DNA of 64,000 nt from Octopus vulgaris (Eukaryota): the NCBI GenBank assembly GCA_951406725.2, contig OX597825.1:47802001-47866000 (forward strand), read 5' to 3'. Below the pieces are notes generated by a model that did no database searches, was not told the DNA's origin, and worked only from the letters and a program-made list of their open reading frames with translations. A program made the position numbers and the translations under genes. Each line of letters opens with the position of its first letter. Position 1 is the stretch's first letter. Shown one piece after another: positions 25,722 through 38,199 of the stretch.

Positions 25722-27655
25722 ATGTCTCGTCCGAAGAGGAGCTCGTAAAAAGTCTAAAAAAGGATTGACGAAGCAAAGGAAGTTAAGAACTTTGCAGAAG
25801 CGGTCAAGAGCAAAAGTGAAGATGTATGCTTGGAAGAATTAGAACAATTCAAGGGAATGCTTAAAAGGGAGGAGAACGATATAAAGGTGAGACAACGGAA
25901 AGAGTAAAACAAACTATACATTACAGGACCTACAGTCTGGAGTTGCAGCGGACAGAGATCGCAACTAGAACACAGGTTGAGAAGGCACTAAGACCAATAT
26001 GGCTGGAAGTGACTTTCCTTACTAGAGGTAGGAAATATGCAACATTAGAGGTGTGGTTTACGTCGGAGGCTTTGGCCAGGTAGCATTCCGTGACTCCCCT
26101 CAAAATGGACGAGGTAGTCTTTCTACCTATTTACTTGGAATGACATGTTTTTAGGGTTAGGGTAGAAGAGATACCCCTGGGGTGGATGTTGCCTGGCTGG
26201 AAGCCGCCATCATGTTGGGGAAAAAAGATAAGGTTGTGGTCCCCCAGACCAATGGTTCCACAAAGGAATTGGCAAGGGCCTGGAAATGATAATCTAGGCC
26301 GGTCCGGTGGATTACGAGAAGATGGTGGAAACCATCACAGTTGGTGAAGAAGTAAAACAGAGAATAATGGTGGAGGGCATGATGCCCCGGTATTTTAAAT
26401 TTGGCCAAAAATGTCACATAAAAGCAGAATGCCCTCCACCTACCTCAAAGGCACCAACGAAGAAAATCGTACCTCCACCTCTTGCAAGGTTGTGTGTGAG
26501 CGAGGAAGAGCCGGAGAAGGAAGAAGAGACTCAAGAGGCAGAGGGAAAAGAATGGAGTACACGGGCGAAGAAAAGAAAAAGAGGAGGAAAAAAGAACTGG
26601 AATGAAAAATGTGAACCCCGACCCTGCTCTCACCCGATTTCCGGCAGTCATCAAACCTCACCCTGCCCCTCCAGACACAGACGCACAGATATTCAGGTAC
26701 CCGAAATTCCCCAATCCCCACCCCCAAAAATGTATCACGCAGTGGTTTATATCCATGTGAACAAAAGGTTAAAAGAAATTTAAAAAATAAAATCACCTGA
26801 CGGGGTGTGAGGGTTTGCCCGAATACTCCAGATGTGGCCTGGTGAGTTAGTAAGAAATGAATAGACTAATAATAAAATTCGGAACAGAGATCAGAGACCT
26901 CAATAGGAAATTCGACGCAGGTATGTTGCCAATAACGGTGGGCTTTCGTTGTCTCGTCCGAAGAGGATCTCGTAAAAAGTCTAAAAAAGATTGACAAGGC
27001 AATGGAAGTTAAGAACTTCGCAGAGGTGGTCAAGGGCAGAATTGAAGACGTATATTTGGAAGAATTGGAAAAAGTCAAGGCAGTGCTTAAAATGGAGGGG
27101 AAAGATGTAAAGGCGTCCCCTCCCAGTGAGACAACGGAAAGAGTAAAACAAACTATACAGTACAGAACCTACAGTCTGAAGTTGCAGCGAACAGAGATCG
27201 CAACCAGAACACAGATTGAGAATGCACCAAGACCAGCCGAAGAAAAGAAAAATCGAAGGAAAAGAAAGAACTGAAATGAAAATTGTGAACCCCACCCGAT
27301 TCTCACCCGGTGCCTCGCTGTCCCACCCTTCCCCAATAGTCACCAACCCTCACCCTGCCCCTCCAGACAGATATGCACAGAGATCCAAGTACCCGAAATT
27401 CCCCAATCCCCACCCCCAAAATGTGTCACGTGGTGGTTTATAACTACGCGAACAAAAAGTTAAGAAACGAAATATAAAAAATGGCCTTCCCTGTGTCATT
27501 GCAATTGACGGGGTGTGAGAGTCTGCCCAAGCACTCTAGATGCACCCTGGTGAGTAGGGATGAAAACAGTAGACTGATAGTAAGATGTGGGACAGAGATC
27601 AGACACCTGAATAGGGAATTCGACGCAAGTAAGTTGGCACTAACGGTGGGCTTTA
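25722..27655 (+). mobile_element. tandem dimer of an ORF1 (gag-like zinc knuckle) retroelement fragment, L1/Tx1-like
   Basis: Copy 1 25722-26949 and copy 2 26950-27655 (internally deleted) both start TGTCTCGTCCGAAGAGGA and end AACGGTGGGCTTT. PRYFKFGQKCHIKAECP is a degenerate CCHC knuckle followed by an acidic/basic tail. Confidence 0.7.
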
Positions 27656-28100
27656 GTTACCTATATTACAGCAATGACAAACTGATGATGATTTTAGGAG
27701 TTAATGGTTTTATAAACAGTTTAAAAAGTCTAAATGAGGTCACTTTGAATGTGGGATTGAGTGGCCTTCATTCCATTTTTCATTACCATCATTCATTCAT
27801 AACCATCTTTTCCATTCGTTTGTTTCTCCCCCCCCCCCCACACACACACACACTTTGTCTGTTCTTGTCTCTCTTTGTAGGGACATGAACTCTGAAAACG
27901 GGCGTAGAAAATGCTTTTCCTCTGGTTGCATTGTATATTAGTTATATATCTATTCTTTTTTAAACGCATTGAACTTTATGAATACAGTAATTGGATTTTT
28001 AGACACTCTTAACCGCTTTTAATTTTAGTATTGAAAAAAAGTTTTACTAGTTCACTTTTCCTCACTTTTTCCACATACGTCCCCCGTGTATTCTATTTAC

Positions 28101-28152
<52 letters not shown>

Positions 28153-28500
28153 TTAAAAAACACTCATATATATTTTATATTTTGCATGTCGAAATGTGTT
28201 GATATATATACATATATATTTTAAATTGAATTTATGACTATATATGCGTAAATTAAAATAAAAGTTGATTGCCTAATTTGAGCTTTTATTTTAATTCTTT
28301 TATATATATGTGTGTGTGTGTTTGTTCGTGTGTGCGCGCGCGTGCACGGTTGTGTGTATGTGTGTCAAGGAGGCGGAGTTGGGGATATGTAATTTCCCAT
28401 CATGAGCGTCACCGCCACCATTGACAACATTGGTATTGCGTAGGTAGCCAGCTTGCTGAAGCACGTTGTAATGGTGTCAAGTGTCTTCATTTCATGAGAA

Positions 28501-28510
28501 CATTATTCCT

Positions 28511-28549
<39 letters not shown>

Positions 28550-28550
28550 C
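28501..28550. repeat. (TTTC)n microsatellite
   Basis: Direct read. Confidence 0.9.
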
Positions 28551-29504
28551 TTTGTTACTTTTTTACTTTCAACCAAATTCTGATATTTACTTTTCGTACA
28601 CTGGAAGAGGCTTTATTTCAGTATTTCTCTGTGTATTCGGTTATCAATACGTAAATATATTGTTGTTGATGTAAAACAGGTCTTGACCAAGTGGAAGGGT
28701 TGCTTAGCAGACGTACAGAATTACATTGAAACAGGATTTAGTGAGTACGATATTTGTCTGGTATTAATTTAAATAGCTCTGTCAGACTAAGTGGTTTTAG
28801 AAATAGCAGTAATGAAGTGGAAGACATAGTAATGAGAAGGATAAGGAGATGCCAGTGACTATGGATTACTTAACAAGATTATTACACTTGTAATCTACTT
28901 TCTCATTGACACAGCTACCAACATGAACGGTAAATCAAATGTACAACAGTTTGATAACGTGATCCTTAGTAGGTCATTGACTAGGTTTTGAAGGGATCGT
29001 TTAAATTTCATCATATCATTATACGCTTCATTAGCATTATACAGCCCCTTCTTCACGAGCTAGCGTCTCAAATGAAATGTAAAGTTGCGATTTCTTTGCT
29101 TTGGTACGAGAAAGGAAGAATAAGTTGTGTTGACTTATGTATGTTACTAGTATTTTGTTTATTATAATGTCAAGTAAATAACAATCATGACTAGATGGAA
29201 TTTAAAACGAATGCAGAGATGATCACTTTAATACACAGCCCCAAGTTTCTGTGATGTTGATATTACGTTTTTGTATCTCCAGAATAATATTCCATTTATG
29301 TGATAAAGGATATTTGTTCTACTTCTTCAACTGAACTTTACAGGATTAACATATCGGGGAAAGAAAATTGATATGGTGAATACAGAACAGCCAGACAACA
29401 TTTCCATTACATCTGTGAGTCTTCCACAAAAAGTAGTATAAGAATCTAAAAGTCTTTTTATTGGTAAATCATTTAAAATATAAGAATGTTTTATGTATCA
29501 ATAA

Positions 29505-31818
29505 CACTGGCCAACAAAATTAAATGTATTATACTTATTATGAGTGCAAACCAACTTTTTTGACTAATTTTTCATGCTGATTTCAAAATTTCAATCCGTT
29601 TGTATGCAGCAAGTATCAGTTTTTCAGGAGATACATGCAAATAATTACATATTTGTATATATGAAATCATAAATAAGGACATATTTTTAGAAAGCAAAGG
29701 AGTTTATTGATTTAAAAATCATCACTATCATTCTCAAAGAGTGAATAGACAAAAAGTGGGTCTGACGAAACAAAGTTAGAACAACAGAGTTAGAAACATT
29801 GTGATTTGGATTTCCTGTGGCGTTCCTGATCTGATTGATCATGGTAAAGTGTCCAGCAGTAGTTAGCCAGCATGCTGTCATTCTAGACGCCTTGGTACCG
29901 TTTCTCCATAGCACTAATATCCGGGTGAAATCTTTCACCATGTTCACCAGACACTGCTCCAAATTTATCTGTGAAGAAATCCAGATGGGCGTCCAAGAAG
30001 GGAACTATCAATTACATGCGACAACCCATTGCTGAATAACATTCCAGAAGATTCTTGATGCAATCCTTGTAGTCCATTTCCTTCTTGTTGACCAAGATTT
30101 TCTCACAGATCCAACTGAAAGTATTCCAGGCAGGCAGTTCCAGTTCATCCAGTATTGTCTTGAAGTTGACATCTTTGCGTACTTCTCTAATTTGGGGTCC
30201 GACAAAGATGCCCTCTTTCAACTTCACCTGTGTAATTTTGAGAAACTTTTCTACAATATACTCAAAACCTCTGGCATTTCTCTTCCCCAATGTCTTTCAA
30301 TCCAAGCTTTCTATACAAAGGAGGCAATGGGACATTAAATGGATCTACAAGAGGTTTTATTGTTGATGCTAGACATTCCTGGCTGGTATGATATTCTTGT
30401 CTTCCAGTTTGATTTTGAATAATGTCTGTCAGTTGCCCGACTATCTCATAGACACAAGAAACAACAGTATTTTGTAAAACCTGACTGCATTCCCATTAAC
30501 ATTCCAATGACTTTCAAATCTCCATATACTTTCCGTGAGTATCTTTCATAGACAATGGCATGAAGTAAAAGTTCCATATTCTCATATGATTCATGAAGAT
30601 GAACGGAGTGTGCAATAGGAAAGGAGGGTTTCAAATTACCATTATGGAGAAGCACAGCTTTTAAATTTCGTTTTCAATAGTCAATAAACAAACGCCACTC
30701 TACAGGATCATGATTTTTTGATAAACATTTGAAACCTTCATCGATGTTACTGCAAAAACAAAGCGAGCCTTCAACAGAAAAACGCGTATGTAGAACCACA
30801 TTTCTCTGTCGAAAATAAGTGATGCGAACAACGTGCTCTAGCAGATACTTCTTCAGTCTTGATGCCAACAGTTCTACTTTATCTTTAGAGAGGGACAGGT
30901 CTCTGACAAGGTCATTTAGTTCAGCTTGGGAGAATCTTTGAGGTTCAGACCTATCGCTATCAACCATGTAATCTTCCTCAACAGCACTATTGTGACAGTC
31001 AGCATCATCATCTAATGTTTTAATACTATCATCTGGTGGAACTGGAATTGGTAGACTTCCTTTGTGATGCACAGGTCGCATTGCAGAATCCAAATTGAGA
31101 TATACAATTTTGTGCTTATTCTTCATAGAAAATCCTGTGACATTTACTTTTCAAAAATAGCAGTCATTAAAATAGTATTTCGGCTCCCTCCGTATCATTG
31201 GAATAATAAAAGGCGTGCAATTCCTCTTATTGAACCAGTCACGTAAGCAGATAAAATGCGGTGCCCCTAACTTGTCCTGATCTCCAAGAGGACAGTCAAA
31301 GTATAGCTCAAAATCTTCTTGATCTCTGGTGTTATTGTACGTTTTTGAGCTTTCACAATAAATTGTCCACAGACATAACAAAACATATCAGGACGATGTC
31401 TACACTGCCTTGACATTGTTAAGACTGTAAAATAAGTAAGGAAATAGATACGAACGGTTATACGTATATTGACTTTAAGATGTAATATTTAATCAGACCA
31501 ATTTGAGATATAGAAATACCTATTTCATCAGACGAAACTTGATTGGTTAATTTAAGATAATGAAATATTGCATCTAAACTATGCAGCAATGAATAATGTA
31601 GTTTAATTTAAAGGTATGTTTCCATGATGCGAATGAAATACATGCGTGCACGTCATTAATTGGAATTTCTATATAATGTATGAGCTAAAACCAAAAAACT
31701 TTCTCATCTTGAAAACTGTACGTGCTGTCAAAAAACTAATTGTATATTTAAAGTCAGCATTAAAAATTACACTAAGTACACCTTAACATATACTTGAAAA
31801 AATTCTTGTTGACCAGTG
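29505..31818 (-). mobile_element. Chapaev3 (CMC superfamily) DNA transposon, full-length but decayed
   Basis: TIRs CACTGGCCAACAA / TTGTTGACCAGTG; 3-bp TSD TAA at 29502-29504 and 31819-31821. Transposase from ATG 31416: FCYVCG, GDQDKLGAPHFIC, PMIRREP...DCYF, WRLFID, GDLKVI...GFTKYCCFLCL, KLKEGIFVGPQIR. Confidence 0.9.
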
Positions 31819-32986
31819 TAATTATATGAGATTTCAATACTGCAATGGAGAGATTTATGTAATCACTCATTGTGTATTAATATTCTAATTAACCTTAATT
31901 ACCAAATTTCATTCCAAGTAAAATTTTTGTCAAGTGAATCTGCTGCTTTCTTTGTGACATAGTCACATCTCTTTTTGAGGACCTCCGAGAATGGGGAGAG
32001 AAAAACAGAACTTATCCTCACACTTCAGACCTGACTTAATTACAACAGTGGAGGTCATTTAAGGGATCCAGAGGCCGGATAGTATTATTAAACCAAACAA
32101 TGAATAAGGCATACAACTTAAAAATAAGAAGTGTCCTCGCTGGCTTCTACATAGATTCCGTCAACTGGATCACATAGTGGAATGGCCCAAAACTTTGTCG
32201 TTATGAAGTTAAATCGCACTGCCGTATCTGCTGCTATTTTCTTCATTTTGTAGAGTCCCAACAATAAGTGCTAAATTATAATAAATAGAAAACGTTTAGT
32301 TCCTGGACTTTCAACCGGAAATTGAAACCGTAGTTTAAATGTTTCTTTCCTTCGTTTTGCCAAAATGCAATTCGAAATTTACAAGTCATCTCTTAACTTC
32401 TTGACATTCTTGGGTCATCAACAGTCCAGACGAGATAACCCACAAATCTTTTCTTCTCTCGATCTAGTACTTCAACTAGGAAGTTGTTACAATTACAGGA
32501 CACTAAATAGAATTCTTCCTCTTTTACTCAATACTTTGATAGGAGTACATTCCTCTTTTACACGGCATTTGGCAAAGTTGACATGCCTTTATCTTTTACT
32601 CAGTAAAAGTACATCACTGTCTTATTTACCCATCACTGTCAGAGAGGAAAGATGTCTTTCGCTTTTTACTCGCTGTCTCCGAGGTAACGCACATCCCTCG
32701 CGCTCTCTACTCAACAACCTTCGTTTTTACGCCACATAGCAGGAACCTACAAGTGACTACAGCAGCCCACACGAATGACAACAAAACTTCTAATCTTTAT
32801 AGGACAACAACTGGAAGCTATTGTTCTATGTTGTAACATTAAATAAAAGCAATGTTAACTTATTTAAATTCTTGCCATTTATACTTCTCACTACTGCAAC
32901 TATGACAGCATCCATTACGTTTTCGGTGACTTCATGAAGACGCACAGCCTTGCTACGACTGAAAGACTACGAAACGAATACACGAC

Positions 32987-33040
32987 GTATACATTAGGGT
33001 TTTGCATGTTCGTTAGAACATGCAAAACCCTAATGTATAC
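32987..33040. other. perfect 25-bp hairpin with 4-nt loop
   Basis: GTATACATTAGGGTTTTGCATGTTC-GTTA-GAACATGCAAAACCCTAATGTATAC. Confidence 0.95.
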
Positions 33041-33889
33041 TTCCTGCATATGGGAAAGAACATTAGTCAACACTATAGTTATTACTATCATATCGTTGAA
33101 ACACTATTTATTTTCTCTTTCTATATTGTTTCAAAGATCAACAAACACATGTTGTTTGTCTTTTTCTTCACAACCATGGAAAGCTTTAGATTAGTATTTC
33201 AAGATAAAAGAGCAATTAAAATTTCTCATGGTATCTAGCTATAGCTAGGAGAAAAGAGCTATAGTTTTTAATCGATTTTGGCAAGATTACGGAGCGGTGA
33301 TGATGATATAAGCCATTAACTCATTCGAGGATGCTAGCATGCTAATGACTGGCTGTTATAGTTACAAATTAAACAAAGAAAATATAACGATTAACATATT
33401 TCGAGTTTGTAGGTTGCATAAATTGTATGCTTCACTTACGATGACAGCGAGAAGAAAAATTTTCGTATTGAGTTGACACTGTCTAAATATAATGTTAAAA
33501 TCTCTCTAATATGCTTCAAACATGAAAACATTTCAATTAATTAAAACCACATGTTTCTTGAAATAATAACGGCAAATATGTCTATATTTATAATGAAGCA
33601 TAGAGGTAAAAATAAAAACATTGGAGTAACTCAGAGGTACTGATGGTTGCTTGTGTTTAAGGGTCGGAATGTAGTTTTGAAAGCGGGTGGTCGAGTGTAG
33701 CGTGAGAACTAACTAAAAAAATGGCGAGAACATGAGATCGCGCTACAGTATATCTATGTCCATAAATAGCTCACATATTCAGATTTATGTGCTCCAGGAA
33801 ATAGAAGTGTGGTAGCGTTCTGCCGTTCTAAATATAATTAGTAAATCATAGAAAATAGGTAATTAATCAATAATCTAAAACTGCAATAT

Positions 33890-34030
33890 ATATATATAGG
33901 GCAATCAGTTACTTGTCATAATGAAACTCAGAGATTCAGATGTCGGGGCTGAAGCCTGCTCCGGCATCTCATCAGTTATTAAGACAAAAACGGTATGAAA
34001 AAAACCGTTGAATAAAGGGAAGCTACTCCA
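33890..34030 (-). mobile_element. short HHR-bearing PLE-type repeat (family B); inverted partner at 34990-35115 (+)
   Basis: Minus strand AUAA-CUGAUGA-GAUGCCGG...CCGACAUC-UGAAU-CUCUGAG-UU; homologous to 48703-49540. Confidence 0.7.
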
Positions 34031-34102
34031 ATATGCATGTGGAAAGTAAAACTTCGTTCATAGAATCTGCATATGTACATACATATACATACACGTACGC
34101 AG

Positions 34103-34138
<36 letters not shown>

Positions 34139-34139
34139 T

Positions 34140-34539
34140 ACTCTTTTACTTGTTTCAGTCATTTGACTGTGGCCATGCTGGAGCACTGCCGCCTTTAGTC
34201 GAGCAAATTGACCCCAGGACTTATTCTTTGTAAGCCTAGTACTTATTCTATCGTTCTTTTTTGCCGGACCTCTAAATTACGGGGATGTAAACACACCAGC
34301 ATCGGTTTTCAAGCGATGTTCGGGGGACAAACACAGACACACAAATATATACACACACATGCATATACATATATAAACATATATACGACGGGCTTTCAGC
34401 TTCCGTCTACCAAATCCACTCACAAGTCGGCCCGAGACTATAGTAGAAGACACTTGCCCAAGGTGTCACGCAGTGAGACTGAACCCGGAACCATGTGGTT
34501 CGTAAGCAAGCTACTTACCACACAGCCACTCCTAGGCCT
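34140..34539 (-). mobile_element. near full-length tRNA-derived SINE (octopus-type)
   Basis: Head GGAGTGGCTGTGTGGTAAGTAGCTTGCT...GGGTTCAGTCTCACTGCGTGACACCTTGGGCAAGTG, internal microsatellite, conserved tail ending AAACAAGTAAAAGAG. Confidence 0.9.
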
Positions 34540-36376
34540 ATTTTAAAAATTAGATTGGTGTTCAGTTGTATCGAACAGGCTGCCAGCCGACGACTATTCA
34601 CAGGCGCGATCCCAATACTGCTCGACACAGAGTCTTTTGCCTGCTGCGTTTCCGCCCTGGGACGAAGCGACCCTCCTTAGACAACTTGGTCCCTATGAGC
34701 TCCCTCTCCAGCACCATATAGATGCCGAGCTTAGCGGGGATACCCGATCGCCATAGAATACCGACTACCAGGACTCCCATCCTCAAACCGGCCAATCAAC
34801 CAATCTTCCGAGTAGCTGGTTTACAGGAAAACGCCACAACTCCCAGCTGCAACTCCCACAACTATATATATATATATACTCACACACACACGTGTCCATA
34901 TATGCAAACACACATATCTATACACATGTGTGTGTATGTTTACATGTATATATATATATTTGTGTGTGTATATATGTACACGTATGTGAGTATAACTGAT
35001 GAGATGTCCTGAGTTTTATTATGACAACTTACTGATTGTCCTATATTATATTTATAGATAAATTCCTCTATTTACATAATATCGAGGGCTCATTCATTCT
35101 TTTGTTGTCATATTATATATACATACATACATACATACATATATAAAAATTAGAAAAAACACCTTTTATCTATTCAAAATGTAAACATATATATATATAT
35201 AAATTCCTAGTTTTATTTTTACCCAAATGTATTTGTTCTAAATTGGAAAATATCACCTGAACGTTATATAAAAATTAATGAGAAAGCACAACATGTAAAT
35301 AAAGAATATGACCCGCTGACTACCTCCAATGTTCAAATTAATCACAACAGATAGAAGTGTGTCAAAAGACGCGTTGATTTTAAGGGTGTGTTCATTTTTG
35401 GGAGAGTGACTTGTCTACTTAATTCAACAATGTTTAGTTAAAATAGAACCTTAGACTTGTGTCAATAACATTACACTGCAATATTTTATTTATTTTATCA
35501 TTCCTCTTGTATGAATTATTTAAAAATGGAAATCGTTTTAGGCTTTGAAATTTTTGTTCACATGAATCCGTTTTAAAAATATATATTTCCCAACTTCCAC
35601 GGTTGATTTTATCTTTTCTTTACTTCTGATCATAATGATTTCTGATTAGAACACAATGTCAAAGGTTCGTATGATTGCAGAGATTCTATGATGTTCATCT
35701 TTTATGTAAATTGGCAGCTTTTATCATGTGAACTAGTCTCCATCACGCATTGGAAGCGGCTCACTGACTCCGATCGCCTCCAGCTACACACTGACGGCTC
35801 AACACTAAATATTAAAAAAAGGATTCTAGTTTTCAAAAGACTTAATACCGGTGTTACAATAAAATATATATCTTCCTGTTTTACAAACTCCCTACAATTA
35901 TCGGTAAATGACACGAAGAACGACCAGGTGCTTAATCACATGACAGTTAGCTATTATATGTACACACTATTTCACGCCATGTTCTATCTCCAAAAATCCT
36001 AGATTTTACGCTGGATATTGAGGTCACATTTGTTTCTACCCCTTTTCATCGCGTTGTCGCTGGCAAAGGTATGAATACCACACTCCCATATCAACTTTCT
36101 AAACGGACTTCATGACTTTTGTATTACATTAAATCAACTTCATTGTAGACCATATTGGCAATATACCCCTCTACAGCAAAAAAAAAAAGAAAAGAATTGA
36201 CACAGAGTATTAGTATACTTTATAATTTTTAAGATTGATGGTTAACATGATTCCCGACAAGAAATACTGCTATTTCACAGTCAAATGATGTAACTGCACC
36301 ATTCTAACAAATTCTGATGAATTAAAGCAGACGTGCACCTCTCTCTCCCCTACCCCTTTGTCTCTCTGTCTCTGTC

Positions 36377-36407
<31 letters not shown>

Positions 36408-37859
36408 TCAACACACACAATTATTGGTTTCACGTTTTGGCACAAGGCCAGCAATTGTGGGGGAGGGTGCAAGCCAATTATATCTATATCATTAAAACTG
36501 TTGATTGCTTTGAAACGGTCGGTTTATTCGAATATTTTATTCGTTAAAATAAATAGTATATACCAATTTGTGTATATAGCAACTTATCGTGTCAGATAGT
36601 AAAAATAAGTTTCTTGTCATGCGATTCCCTGTGACAGACCTTCTCTTTTTACATGTATTCTTCCTTTAATATGTAATGAATGTACTTAAGCCTAGTCACG
36701 TAAACATATAAGCTTCAACTACGGTAGTAGTTGAATAATATTCTTAAGGCCGCAATTTAATCACACGCAGCATCTTTCAGGGCAAATTCAGTTCTTAACA
36801 AAACTGAAAACTGTAAACATTTTTGAAGCGGACTGGTCCCTAGCTACATTTTAGCATTAAAAAATGAGAGTTTAGATCAAAATTTGAAGCAACATTATAG
36901 GAGAGTAAGTAACTTCTCCAATCAAGTTTAGATCTATAATACTTTTTTTTATTTTAAAAGTAAAACAGATTTATCTTAGCTTCAATGATAGAAGGAAAGC
37001 ATGAGGAATATCATAGTTTTCGTCCCATGCAACAAAAGTTTGTATCAAAAAAGTTGTAAGGTAAATATAAGTAAGGCAAAAAATTGGATTTAAGTATAAT
37101 TAAACTTTTTATTTTAAAAACAAACTATGTTTTAATTAAGCTTAGATTATAGAACTCAATTCGAGGAATTTTGTGGCATCAATCTCATGCAATGACGTTT
37201 TAAAAGAAAAGAGTTATGAGTGTTTGTTTTTCAAATTAGAGGGTGACAGTATAGTTCTATACATTTTTATGAATATAGTTCTATAAGGGAACTTCTAATA
37301 AATGTCACCGGCATCATTGAGGTAAAGAAAATAGAAACAAACTTCGCTTGAAAGTGTCAACTGATTTGTCAAACACCGCCAGATTTTCTATTAATCTGGC
37401 CAAGGTGGATGGGTGCGGGGCAAGTGTGATACAATATTTGTTACTATGACACACAGCCATGATCTAATACAGGATTCTTCTTTTGTCCTATATTACAAGG
37501 TCAAATATATGTAATCAAAAAATATAGGTGACCGAATAGTTGCCTATTATTTATTTGAAACAAATGTCCAACAGGGATAAATGGTTAAAGTCACTTTACG
37601 GGGAATTTAAACTTTGAAAGTAGAAAAACAAAATGAAATCGATTGATTCCAAATTCCAGCCTTTATTGCTTCGTCGTTGTTTTTGTTGATCTAACAAAAT
37701 GTATGACAAAATGATATTTGCTTTGTGTATAGTATAACGTTATTATAATACAACAGATTACATATACAATGGTCGTATTTCTTTAACGATATCTTTGATC
37801 ATGATTATCATTATTAGGCGAGTGCATGCTAATTTAATTAGCAGATACTTTAGGTCTGG

Positions 37860-38083
37860 TGACAAAAAGTCTCCTCAAATCTCAAGAATCTTTCTGGGGA
37901 TTCTTGCACAATATGGGATGGTATTTTTCTGCAGGTTGACAAAGTTAGTTTCAATTCCACTCTCTTCCAGTCTATTAGGTAGCATTTTGGGTGTTGTGCC
38001 AAGTGCACCAATAACTACAGAAAAAATTGTCTTGATCTCCCATAGTCTCCTCAGTTCTAAGGCTAGTTCCTGATATTTCACAT
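37860..38083 (-). mobile_element. R4/Dong RLE C-terminal fragment abutting (TAA)n
   Basis: KYQELALELRRLWEIK...VVIGALG. Confidence 0.8.
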
Positions 38084-38122
38084 ATCATTATTATTATTAT
38101 TATTATTATTTTATTATTATTA

Positions 38123-38181
<59 letters not shown>
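38084..38181. repeat. (TAA)n microsatellite
   Basis: Direct read. Confidence 0.95.
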
Positions 38182-38199
38182 GCTTCTTTTTTCATTTCC

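Noticed and set aside
32955-32980. CTGAAAGA...GAAA as a hammerhead core (also isolated CTGACGA near 42523)
   Set aside because: Wrong core spacing or no flanking stems.
34560-34860. GC-rich segment as a coding exon
   Set aside because: No recognisable domain or clean splice sites; probably a decayed LINE fragment.
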